Source: Candidatus Ozemobacteraceae bacterium (GTDB taxonomy: Bacteria > Muiribacteriota > Ozemobacteria > Ozemobacterales > Ozemobacteraceae). Taken from it: a stretch of 64,000 nt of DNA. A program made the translations under genes and the position numbers. How positions within the stretch are numbered: position 1 is the first letter of the stretch; the number at the start of each line of letters is the position of its first letter. The DNA is taken from contig OZ223236.1 in assembly GCA_965140445.1 (NCBI GenBank), positions 3,650,498 through 3,714,497 on the forward strand, written 5' to 3'. Of the stretch, positions 29,905 through 38,978 are shown one piece after another. The notes beneath the pieces are model-generated. The model saw nothing but the letters and a program-made list of their open reading frames with translations. It was not told where the DNA came from and did no database searches.

Positions 29905-30873
29905 TTAAATTATCAGGTCTTTTTCTGCTTGTGATTGATTAAAGGCGGAAAAAGCCGGGTCATAAAGCATAAGCTTTTTACTTCTTACGCCTTGCTGTAA
30001 ATCGTGCCCCTCATCATTCCAGCCAACAAAAATTTTACAATCACCACCAACTTCCTTCATTCTGCGAATTATCAGTATTAAAGCTTTTACTGCGTCTTCC
30101 ATAAAAGCCCTTGGATGATCAGGGAAAGCAAATGTACCTTTTTCACTTGGGTAATAAGGATGGAAATTAAAATCAACAGTGACATGATGTTTTTTCATTA
30201 GCTCCAGCCCATAATTTATTGTAGCTACAGAATCCGCAACAGCTTCTTTTCCAGAGATTCCAGGCGGCTGAAATAAAACATTTATATCTACCGATGTTTT
30301 TGGCAAAAATTCTTCCAGAACACCAAAAACATTATCCACCTGGTCTCGGGTAATTTTTTTATTCAAATTAACTAATCGAACCGTATCATCTTGGCTTTCA
30401 AGACCTATAGTAATGGCAAAGGTTTGATCATCTCTTAATTTTTGAATAAAAGGATTAATTCTTTGCCTTGTTATAAATTGTTCTCGAGAATCAAAGCTGA
30501 TTCTTCTAATTGATGGTTGGGAACTTACAAAATCTAAAATACCATCAATAGTTCTGGTTGAGAACTCAACTTCATTCATAGTTGAACCATAATTATAAAT
30601 TACCAAATGGTTAATTTTTCCCCAAACATCTGCATAATATTGCTTAAAAAATTCCAGTCTTTTTAAATTCATTTCTGAAGTAAATTGCAATCCTTCTCCC
30701 TCACCAATATCGCAATGATTGCATTGAACTGCGTGAAATGGGCATTTTCCACCTACAGCTTCATTTCCAAAAACAATAGCAAGCCTTAATCCACGTGGTC
30801 CTGTAACGGGGTTAAAAAGAGAGCCTTCAGGAGGTTTAATATAATCTTCCATTTTAAAATTCACTTTTCCCAT
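29905..30873 (-). CDS. Hypothetical protein with a CPFHAVQCNHC (C-x6-C-x2-C) cluster, possibly a radical-SAM-like/TIM-barrel enzyme
   Basis: A Cys cluster near the N-terminus but not the canonical Cx3Cx2C. Translationally adjacent to the carbamoyltransferase gene. Confidence 0.5.
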   Translation of the reverse strand: MGKVNFKMEDYIKPPEGSLFNPVTGPRGLRLAIVFGNEAVGGKCPFHAVQCNHCDIGEGEGLQFTSEMNLKRLEFFKQYYADVWGKINHLVIYNYGSTMNEVEFSTRTIDGILDFVSSQPSIRRISFDSREQFITRQRINPFIQKLRDDQTFAITIGLESQDDTVRLVNLNKKITRDQVDNVFGVLEEFLPKTSVDINVLFQPPGISGKEAVADSVATINYGLELMKKHHVTVDFNFHPYYPSEKGTFAFPDHPRAFMEDAVKALILIIRRMKEVGGDCKIFVGWNDEGHDLQQGVRSKKLMLYDPAFSAFNQSQAEKDLII

Positions 30874-30875
30874 TT

Positions 30876-32582
30876 CTATTTTCTGACTACAAAGTTTTCT
30901 ATAAACAAAATGTCTATTCCAGTTTTTAAAAAGGTGTTAATTGCATCCTCTGGACTCATAACAATTGGTTCAGAATCATTAAAAGAAGTGTTTAAAACCA
31001 TTGGAACACCTGTTAACTCATAAAAACTTGAAATGAGCTTATGATAAAGAGGATTGGTCTTATTTGAAACGGTTTGTATTCTGCTTGTATTATCAACATG
31101 CACTACAGCTGGAATTTGTGAAGCTTTTTCTTTTTTGCATGGGTAAGCCAAAAGCATGAAATCAGAAGATTGAGAATCCCCAAAAACCTCAAACCATTCG
31201 TTCACATTTTCGGACAGAACACTTGGAGCAAACGGACGAAACTCTTCTCTATGCTTGATTTTTTTATTCAAAATTTCACGCATATCCTTGCGGCGAGGGT
31301 CTGCGAGTAAAGATCTATTTCCCAGAGCTCTGGGCCCCATTTCCATCTGCCCCTGAAACCACCCAACGATTTTTCCTTCGCTTATGGCTTTTGCAGCTGA
31401 CTCAGCAGGCATATTTATTTTTTCATATCTTAACCCAGCTCTTTCAATTACATCGACAATTCTATCTTCATCATAGCTAGGTCCATGATAGGCATGAATC
31501 TGCTCAAATTTCCTTTCGCCTCCCTCAAGAACGCACCAGACGTAAAGAGCTGCACCCAGAGCTGTTCCAGCGTCATTAGCAGCAGGCTGAATAAAAACTT
31601 TCCTGAAACCGGAATCTCTTTGAATTAATGCATTAGCAACGCAATTTAACGCTGTTCCTCCTGCCATGCAAAGATTTTTAGAAGTTGACATTTCCAATAA
31701 TCCTTTACAAAGAGCCAGCAAAGCTTTTTCAGTAAATCTTTGAAGACCTGCAGCAATATCCATGTGCCTTTCCAACAATTCTTCACCTGGCATTCTTGAG
31801 GGACCAAAGATCTTTTCAAGTGCGGTATAATCTTCATAGCGAAAAGATAGATTTTTTGAATCTAATTCAAACTTTCCGGTAGAATCAAAGGTAATAATTT
31901 TTGAAAATTCGTTTGCAAACTTTTCTGGATTTCCATAGCTGCTTAAACCCATAAGCTTACAAGCATCATGTTCTGAGAAACCAAGAAACTTGCAAAACTT
32001 TTCCCAGAGGAATCCCAGGCTATGTGGGTAAGGAATGCTGAAAAGTTCAGTAATGTTGTTCTTAATTCCTTTAAAAGCTGAGACTGTATTTATCTCTCCA
32101 ATACCGTCTACAATCAAAATTGTTGATTCTTCAAATTCTGAGCAAAAAAATGCGCTTGCTGCATGGCTCATGTGGTGGTCAACCCAACGAAATTTATTGC
32201 TAATATCTTCTTTGGCAAGCTTGCTAAGCACATCAGGAACAGACAATAAAAGTTCATGAAACCTGTTTTCTCCTGATTTACTTCCCCATAGACTATCCAC
32301 GACTCGTAAATCTTTACCAATATTTTGAAGTCGTCCATTTTGGGAAAAGGAATATGCAAAAAAATCAATGTCAGAAAAGCTAATTCCAGCTAACTCGAGA
32401 CATTTTTTTATTGCCAATTCAGGAAGTTGATGAGGGTTATTTACTGAAGACTTTTTTCCTCTTTTAACTCGGTTAAGTCTTTCTTCTTCAATAAAACAAA
32501 CAAGTTCGCCGTTTTTTAATAATGCAGCAGAAGATTCATGATATGCGCTATTTATTCCTAGTATGTACATTGGATTACTCAA
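30876..32582 (-). CDS. Carbamoyltransferase of the NodU/CmcH/TobZ family
   Basis: N-terminal Kae1/ASKHA-like MYILGINSAYHESSAALLKNGELV with HxxH-type metal site, and a C-terminal YrdC-like region. 568 aa. Confidence 0.8.
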   Translation of the reverse strand: MSNPMYILGINSAYHESSAALLKNGELVCFIEEERLNRVKRGKKSSVNNPHQLPELAIKKCLELAGISFSDIDFFAYSFSQNGRLQNIGKDLRVVDSLWGSKSGENRFHELLLSVPDVLSKLAKEDISNKFRWVDHHMSHAASAFFCSEFEESTILIVDGIGEINTVSAFKGIKNNITELFSIPYPHSLGFLWEKFCKFLGFSEHDACKLMGLSSYGNPEKFANEFSKIITFDSTGKFELDSKNLSFRYEDYTALEKIFGPSRMPGEELLERHMDIAAGLQRFTEKALLALCKGLLEMSTSKNLCMAGGTALNCVANALIQRDSGFRKVFIQPAANDAGTALGAALYVWCVLEGGERKFEQIHAYHGPSYDEDRIVDVIERAGLRYEKINMPAESAAKAISEGKIVGWFQGQMEMGPRALGNRSLLADPRRKDMREILNKKIKHREEFRPFAPSVLSENVNEWFEVFGDSQSSDFMLLAYPCKKEKASQIPAVVHVDNTSRIQTVSNKTNPLYHKLISSFYELTGVPMVLNTSFNDSEPIVMSPEDAINTFLKTGIDILFIENFVVRK

Positions 32583-32656
32583 TTTCCGTTTTTCAAAAGT
32601 TGGAAAATATTACCATATACAGTAGATTCTCACAATAAAAGGCTTTTTTGTAAATT

Positions 32657-33991
32657 TTACTCAAAATCCTTTTTAATCTTTTCAAAGCATTCTGGGCAAA
32701 TTCCATGAGAAAATTTGGCTTCAGAGTGTTTTGAAATATACTCCTCCATTTGGCTCCAGGCACCAGCATCGTTTCTGATTTTTTTACAATAAGAACAGAT
32801 GGGTAATATTCCCTGGAGCTTTTTTATCTGCTCAAAAGCCTCGCCAAGCTGAATAATTAAACCTTCTCTGCACTTTTCATTTTCTTTAATATCTGTTATG
32901 TCTGTGGCAATTTCTAAACGAACGACTCTGCCGTCTATCCATTTTATTGCCTTATCTCTACAAGCATACCATCGCTCGGTTAAAGGATTTAATAATTCCC
33001 ACTCAATAACACCATTTACTTCCCCATCATTACCTATCAATCTATCATTGGTGCAAAATTCACATGGCTTTCCACTCGTAACTCCTTGAAAATACTCATA
33101 GCATTTTCTTTTGCCTGGTTCACCAAAAGTTTTTTTGCAAAACTCATTAACTGCAATTAGCTCATAAGTTTCCATATCAGAAACATAAACAGGCATATCT
33201 ATTGAATCAATAATAATTTGATAAGCTTTTCTATCAGAATTTAAACTATCCTGAAATTGCTCATTTTGACTAATTTTACTCCCAATCCACCCTATCAACA
33301 GCATTATTAAAACAATCCCTAACACCCATACAGAAACCATTGAATCATAAAGATGGCGGACCATTTCTTTCTCATTGTTTAAAAGCTTATCAAGGGACAA
33401 TTTAATACCAACTCCACCAACCAGACTTCCAATTTTAAAGCTTTTATCTGTATGGCATCTTAAGCAATTAGCATCTGCAATAAGAGGTTTCATTGAGCAA
33501 AAGACCGTGTCGTTTCTATCACCAAAGTTAAAAAGGTATTCCTTTTCAGGATTTTCTTTCAGAATTCTAAGAGCTTCCAATTCCCAACCTATAGCTTTAT
33601 TTATTGGGTTTAAAGGGTTTAATCCAACAATTCTCCCTTTTATGCCATACATTTCGGAGTAATGTTCCATTGTCTGTTTTAAAACCTGAGCGGGACTCAT
33701 AAGAGTTAAATTCACTCCATTTTCATTGAAAATATCCCGATCTGGCAAATGAGATAGATGGGGGTTAGGCTCTCCTATTTCACTGATCTTAACGTAAACT
33801 CCTCCATGCCGGTTAACCCATGATCTGAATGCCCAATCCTTATTAGTAATAGTTTTAGCCATGTTTTTAGCCAATTCCAGCGTATGCTCGTGATAATTTT
33901 CTGCGGTAAAGTGAGCAACTAAAATCACTGAAGATATCCAAAAAACCACCACAAAAAAAGCAGCAAGCAAAAATCTATAATTTTTGGGCAT
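32657..33991 (-). CDS. TM - periplasmic DUF3365/Tll0287-like heme-c (CxxCH) sensor - TM - Cys-rich PAS-like domain - coiled coil - Cys4 module (paralog D)
   Basis: CLRCH heme-c motif at the end of the periplasmic domain. C-terminus LQGILPICSYCKKIRNDAGAWSQMEEYISKHSEAKFSHGICPECFEKIKKDFE. Confidence 0.8.
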   Translation of the reverse strand: MPKNYRFLLAAFFVVVFWISSVILVAHFTAENYHEHTLELAKNMAKTITNKDWAFRSWVNRHGGVYVKISEIGEPNPHLSHLPDRDIFNENGVNLTLMSPAQVLKQTMEHYSEMYGIKGRIVGLNPLNPINKAIGWELEALRILKENPEKEYLFNFGDRNDTVFCSMKPLIADANCLRCHTDKSFKIGSLVGGVGIKLSLDKLLNNEKEMVRHLYDSMVSVWVLGIVLIMLLIGWIGSKISQNEQFQDSLNSDRKAYQIIIDSIDMPVYVSDMETYELIAVNEFCKKTFGEPGKRKCYEYFQGVTSGKPCEFCTNDRLIGNDGEVNGVIEWELLNPLTERWYACRDKAIKWIDGRVVRLEIATDITDIKENEKCREGLIIQLGEAFEQIKKLQGILPICSYCKKIRNDAGAWSQMEEYISKHSEAKFSHGICPECFEKIKKDFE

Positions 33992-34070
33992 AAAAGATCT
34001 CTCATTTTTTTCTAATTTATTTTATTTTATCGCTTTTATGTAAAAGCTTCAATTCAAGAAATTTAAAGTA

Positions 34071-35471
34071 CTAAAATCCCTTCATTTCATCTAAGGAAAG
34101 CTCTTCATGCCGTTCAACCTTTATGTATGCTAACTTGATCAATTCTATTAATTGATCTCTATTTAAAAATTTGTTCAGGCTTACATCAGGTATGTTAGCG
34201 TAAATTGAAAGACGTTTTTCTGCCCTTTCTTCTGCAGATTCAAATTCGTCTAACGCCTTATTGGCTCCATCTACATCATTGTAAACAGTGGATATACACA
34301 TCTCATGATTAAGATTTTTTGCCAATTCCGTTCCTGGGTATGCGGAAACAGGAAAGAAACCAGCCTCATGCATGCCAAGCTTCGCGCACTCCACAGCAAA
34401 ATTAATGGTTTTACGCATTTCTTCAATCGTTTCATCGGGAAATCCAAGCATAAAAAAACATTTAGTCAGAATTCCGTTTTCTGCTAAAGCTTTTACGCTT
34501 CGTTTAACCTTATCAAGATTCAGGTGTTTCCTGATTTTGCTTTGCCTTTCCTGCACTCCTGTCTCTACGCCCAGAGCAACATAGTGACATCCAGTCTCTG
34601 CCAGCCTCTTAACATCATTTAATTCAAGGTGATCAGCTCGACCAATACAGCAATACAAGCGATTTAAATCAGTAATCTGATCAAAGAATTCATTTAACCA
34701 TTTTTTATCAGAGAAAAAAGAATCATCCATAAAACCGAAGTTAGAATTTGAGAATAATTCCTTATAGTGATTTAATTCTTTAATAAGCCTTTCAACACTA
34801 ACTCTGCGCATTTTGCCAGGCCAGAGAACAGGTGTTGCGCAAAAAGTACATTTAAAAGTACATCCCCTTGAGGTACTCAAGAACAGCCATCTTGGCATGC
34901 CAAGCTTTTCCTGGAATGAAAGATATTTTTCAATATCAACCAATGAGAAATCAAGAAAAGGAAGTTCATCAAGGTTTTCCAAGTGATCCCTGGCAGGATT
35001 TTCTATGACCCTGCCTTCTTCTTTGAAAGCCAGGCCTGGAATTAACTTTAGATTTTTAAACTCACTTTTTAAAAGCTCTTCTAAAGTAAGTTCTCCTTCT
35101 CCGATTACTCCAAAGTCCAATGAATCCTGTATAAGTAAATCATTGCTGGAGGTTGTCATCATTGGACCTCCACCTATAGTAAAAATACTGGAGTCCGTTT
35201 CTTTTACTTTTTGCAGAAATTCAATGGCGGTTTTAAAAGTTCCCTGATAAAACGGAACTCCAACTGCTTTTGGGCAATAAGCAAACACCTTTGCTATAGT
35301 TTCATTTAATCCAATATTTTCACTGACAACATCTATGATACTGACTTTTAAGCCTCTGGTGTTCAAATACGAAGCAAGATAAAGCAGATTCAAAGGCGGT
35401 TTTAAATCCATTCTTCCTTTTTCATGCCAATTTAAAGGCGGATTTACTAAAACTAGATCAGCAAAAGACAT
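34071..35471 (-). CDS. B12-binding domain-containing radical SAM protein
   Basis: N-terminal B12-binding-like Rossmann region. Radical SAM CTFKCTFC (Cx3Cx2C). Confidence 0.8.
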   Translation of the reverse strand: MSFADLVLVNPPLNWHEKGRMDLKPPLNLLYLASYLNTRGLKVSIIDVVSENIGLNETIAKVFAYCPKAVGVPFYQGTFKTAIEFLQKVKETDSSIFTIGGGPMMTTSSNDLLIQDSLDFGVIGEGELTLEELLKSEFKNLKLIPGLAFKEEGRVIENPARDHLENLDELPFLDFSLVDIEKYLSFQEKLGMPRWLFLSTSRGCTFKCTFCATPVLWPGKMRRVSVERLIKELNHYKELFSNSNFGFMDDSFFSDKKWLNEFFDQITDLNRLYCCIGRADHLELNDVKRLAETGCHYVALGVETGVQERQSKIRKHLNLDKVKRSVKALAENGILTKCFFMLGFPDETIEEMRKTINFAVECAKLGMHEAGFFPVSAYPGTELAKNLNHEMCISTVYNDVDGANKALDEFESAEERAEKRLSIYANIPDVSLNKFLNRDQLIELIKLAYIKVERHEELSLDEMKGF

Positions 35472-35603
35472 TTAGACTTGATTCTCCAAAAGGAAAGTTC
35501 TTAATAATGATTATTGTAAGGATAGTTGCATAATTGAGCAAGGCACTTACCCTTTTGTGACGACAAAACCTATGTTAAACCAACTCAAGGTCAATTCTAT
35601 TCT

Positions 35604-37298
35604 TTATCTCAGAACCTTTTTTAATGTCTGGTCTATAGATTTTGAATATTCTATAGCGCCCAGTTTAGTCCTGATACCAGCTTGCCGTAGTTTTAGTTTT
35701 ACAGAAGGTCTCGTATTATAAAAAATCAAACGAATTTTTCTGCCGGCAAGTTCTTCCACAATCGTTTCTAAAGCTACAATTGCAGTCATATCTATCATTG
35801 AGACGCTATTCATATCAAGAACAATAGCCTTCACTTTCCTGGAGTTATTTACAATGCTTTGTAAAGCTCTTTGAGCTGATCCAAAGAATAATGGGCCATT
35901 TATTTCATAAGAAATAATATCATCAGGGAAATCCAATACTTCTCGATTTTCTTTTTTTCCAAGTCGTACGATGTCGGCACCGGAGAGGGCAATAATCCTG
36001 CGAATAAATAAAAACGCTGCGAGCCCCATTCCAACGGCAACAGCAATAACCATATCAAAAACCACAGTTAATAAAAAGCAGGTTAACAACGTAATAATAT
36101 CTTCTCTTGGAGCAATCCGCGCTATACGAATAAAGTGCTTTGTTTCACTCATATTCCATGCAACCTGAATCAACAAAGCAGACATTGCCGCCATAGGAAT
36201 GTACGCAAGAAAGGGGGCAAAAAATAGTATTGCACCAACAATGAATAAAGAATGAAATACCGAAGAAAGCGGTGAAATGCCACCAGCTCTTATATTCGCT
36301 GCTGTTCTGGCAATCGCTGCAGTGGCAGGTATTCCTCCAAAAAAGGGAACAATAATGTTTCCAATTCCCTGTCCAATAAGCTCATCATTTGGGTTGTGAT
36401 TTTTCCCTGATACCCCATCAGCAACAACAGCACAAAGCAAAGATTCAATTGCACCAAGAGCAGCAATTGTTAATGCTGGTCCCATCAGGTCACTTATCAA
36501 AGCAAAACTTAATCCGATTGGATTCCCATCAGCCCCCGGTTGAGTCCATGGCAAAACAAAAGAAGGCAAAAAAGGAGGAATTCCAGCTCCAGAGAACTCT
36601 CCCAAAGAATATTGAAAACGAGTTCCAATTGTTTCTATCGAAAAGTTACCAGTAAATTTTCCAAGAGCGTATGCAATTAATGATGAAAAAGTTAGTGCAA
36701 TAAGTTGCCCTGGAATCCGACTCTTAACTTTTCGCCAATAAACCAGGATTACCAATGTGACTATGCCAATAAAGGTTGCTGACCAATTCAGATTAGGTAA
36801 ATCTTTAAAAATTTCAAACAGCTTACCAATAAAATGGTGAGATTTATGCTGTGTCGTTAAACCCAGAAAATCCTTTAATTGCAAACCGCCGATAACAGTA
36901 GCAATACCAGCTGTAAAGCCAATAGTAACAGGATAAGGAACTAATCTGATCCAATTTCCCATTTTCGTTAATCCCATAAAAATGAGAAAAATACCAGCAA
37001 GCAAAGTGCTTAGAAATAATCCTCCAATACCATATTTACTCACAATAGGAATTAGCACCACAACGAATGCTGCCGTTGGTCCTGAGATATTGACTTCTGA
37101 TCCCCCCGAAAGCGCAATTACAATCCCAGCAATTATTGCAGTGTACAAACCATGCTGTGGCGGGACATCACATGCAATCGCTAAAGCCATGGATAAAGGC
37201 AGCGCTATAATCCCTATGGTCAAGCCAGCGAGAAAATCAGACCATAGTTTTTGGGAATCTTTTATTGAAGAAATAACACTTGGAAAAGCAGAAAACAT
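35604..37298 (-). CDS. SulP family anion transporter with C-terminal STAS domain
   Basis: About 11 TM helices with SulP conserved segments. C-terminal STAS domain. 564 aa. Confidence 0.85.
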   Translation of the reverse strand: MFSAFPSVISSIKDSQKLWSDFLAGLTIGIIALPLSMALAIACDVPPQHGLYTAIIAGIVIALSGGSEVNISGPTAAFVVVLIPIVSKYGIGGLFLSTLLAGIFLIFMGLTKMGNWIRLVPYPVTIGFTAGIATVIGGLQLKDFLGLTTQHKSHHFIGKLFEIFKDLPNLNWSATFIGIVTLVILVYWRKVKSRIPGQLIALTFSSLIAYALGKFTGNFSIETIGTRFQYSLGEFSGAGIPPFLPSFVLPWTQPGADGNPIGLSFALISDLMGPALTIAALGAIESLLCAVVADGVSGKNHNPNDELIGQGIGNIIVPFFGGIPATAAIARTAANIRAGGISPLSSVFHSLFIVGAILFFAPFLAYIPMAAMSALLIQVAWNMSETKHFIRIARIAPREDIITLLTCFLLTVVFDMVIAVAVGMGLAAFLFIRRIIALSGADIVRLGKKENREVLDFPDDIISYEINGPLFFGSAQRALQSIVNNSRKVKAIVLDMNSVSMIDMTAIVALETIVEELAGRKIRLIFYNTRPSVKLKLRQAGIRTKLGAIEYSKSIDQTLKKVLR

Positions 37299-37454
37299 AG
37301 CAAATCTCTAATCATCAAAATTTTAAAGAATGTTTAAAACAAATAAGAGATTTGCGCAACATGGCTTAAAAACACCAATTTATGTTTTTAGGTGATTTTG
37401 AGCATTAAAATGGAAAAAAACGAAAGTTCCGCATAGAAGCAAAAAACTCAATTT

Positions 37455-38870
37455 CTATTCTGGCTTAATTTTATCTTTTCTTAAAAGCTCATCAGCATGT
37501 TCAGGGTAAAATTTTTCTACACATTCAGGACAGATACTATGGGAGAAATTCAAATCAGTATTTTTCCCAAAAAAGCTTTCTATTTTTTCCCAATAACCGG
37601 TATCGGTTCTAACATTTTTGCAATGAGAACAGATTGGAAGCATTTCTTTTAGGGTTTCAACTTTTTCCGCCAACTTTGCATTGGCTTCCTGCAAATCTGC
37701 TTTATAGCTTTCGATTTTATCCATATAGCCATTAAAAGACCTTGCAAGCTCTCCAACCTCATCTTCTGAGCTGACAGATAAACGTAATGAAAAATCGTCT
37801 TTTTCACATTGAGCTATCTTTTGAATTTTTTCTGTTAAAGGCTTGGTAATAGAATAACTAACAGCAGTGGAAACAGGAATCAGAATTATCATTGTTAAAA
37901 CAATTAGTCCCAGGAAAACTAATTCAAACAACACTAATGGATGATACAATTCATCAAGATAGCATGATGAGGCAATTATCCACCCTAATTCAGGTATATC
38001 TTCGAATATAACCAACTTCTCTCTTACAGCCGGTTCACCAGGATTTTGCCATGGGTAGATTATTTTTCCAGATTTTCTTTCAGTCATTTCCCTGATAAAA
38101 TATCTTCCGGAAGAATCTTTAGAACCTGAAATGTTTTGACCTTCTAGAATAGGATGAACCAGGCAGTTTCCTGAATAATCAATCAAATAAGAGTAACCAG
38201 TATTTCTAAATTTTAGACCTAGAATTCCCTCCCGAAAATCCTCAACATCAATAATCTCTTTAAAATCTTCAACATAAAAAGAAGCTGAAATAATCCAATC
38301 CCAAGGCTCAAAATAAAGCATATAGAGGGCTTTTTTCCTTTTTTCAACCTCTCCTGGATTTTTCCACTCGTACATTAAAAACCCATTCTTCTCAAGAGTT
38401 TGTCTTTTAACAAAAGCAAAATTAGAAACATCTTGATCTACAAGCTCTTCATGTGGATGCATGCGTAAAAAGCCTTTACTATCAAGGCAATAAACATATC
38501 CATTTTTACCTATCACCTGAGTCTTGAGAATTTTATCTGCAGCTTTTCTCGCTTCTTCTTCTGTAATTTTTCCTTCTAATACCTGCTTATGCAAATCTGA
38601 AACGACTTGTAAACTAGAATTGGCAATAGATTTCAAATGATTTCTGATTGAAGACAAAATTGAGGTTTTTACTAATCTCTGCATGAGCTTTGTAGAAATT
38701 GAAAGCTCAGTCTCTACATTTTGTTCAATCTGATTTTTTAAAAGAAAATAGGTAACTGAGCTGAAAATTATTAGTATAGCTGAAAATGCAATAAAATTAG
38801 CAATTACAAGCTTTGTACGGATTTTTTGCTTATTAAAAAAACCTGACAATTCATAATCCCCTTCATACAA
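37455..38870 (-). CDS. TM - dCache_1 - TM - HAMP - coiled coil - Cys4 module (paralog E). MCP-like architecture with the MCP domain replaced.
   Basis: Cache region GYVYCLDSKG...HP. HAMP at ITKPLTEKIQKIAQ...VGELARSFNGYM. C-terminus LKEMLPICSHCKNVRTDTGYWEKIESFFGKNTDLNFSHSICPECVEKFYPEH. Confidence 0.8.
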   Translation of the reverse strand: MYEGDYELSGFFNKQKIRTKLVIANFIAFSAILIIFSSVTYFLLKNQIEQNVETELSISTKLMQRLVKTSILSSIRNHLKSIANSSLQVVSDLHKQVLEGKITEEEARKAADKILKTQVIGKNGYVYCLDSKGFLRMHPHEELVDQDVSNFAFVKRQTLEKNGFLMYEWKNPGEVEKRKKALYMLYFEPWDWIISASFYVEDFKEIIDVEDFREGILGLKFRNTGYSYLIDYSGNCLVHPILEGQNISGSKDSSGRYFIREMTERKSGKIIYPWQNPGEPAVREKLVIFEDIPELGWIIASSCYLDELYHPLVLFELVFLGLIVLTMIILIPVSTAVSYSITKPLTEKIQKIAQCEKDDFSLRLSVSSEDEVGELARSFNGYMDKIESYKADLQEANAKLAEKVETLKEMLPICSHCKNVRTDTGYWEKIESFFGKNTDLNFSHSICPECVEKFYPEHADELLRKDKIKPE

Positions 38871-38978
38871 ACATTATCTAATATATAAGATACCATTTCA
38901 ATGAATCAAACCCAATAAAAAAAGAGATCTGATTTTCAAATCAATTTAATGAAAACCAAATCTCTTTTCAATTATTTT

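Noticed and set aside
29905-30873. Calling the 322-aa Cys-cluster protein a radical SAM enzyme.
   Set aside because: The cluster is C-x6-C-x2-C, not the canonical C-x3-C-x2-C. Without a profile search, a radical SAM assignment is not supported and the protein is left as hypothetical.
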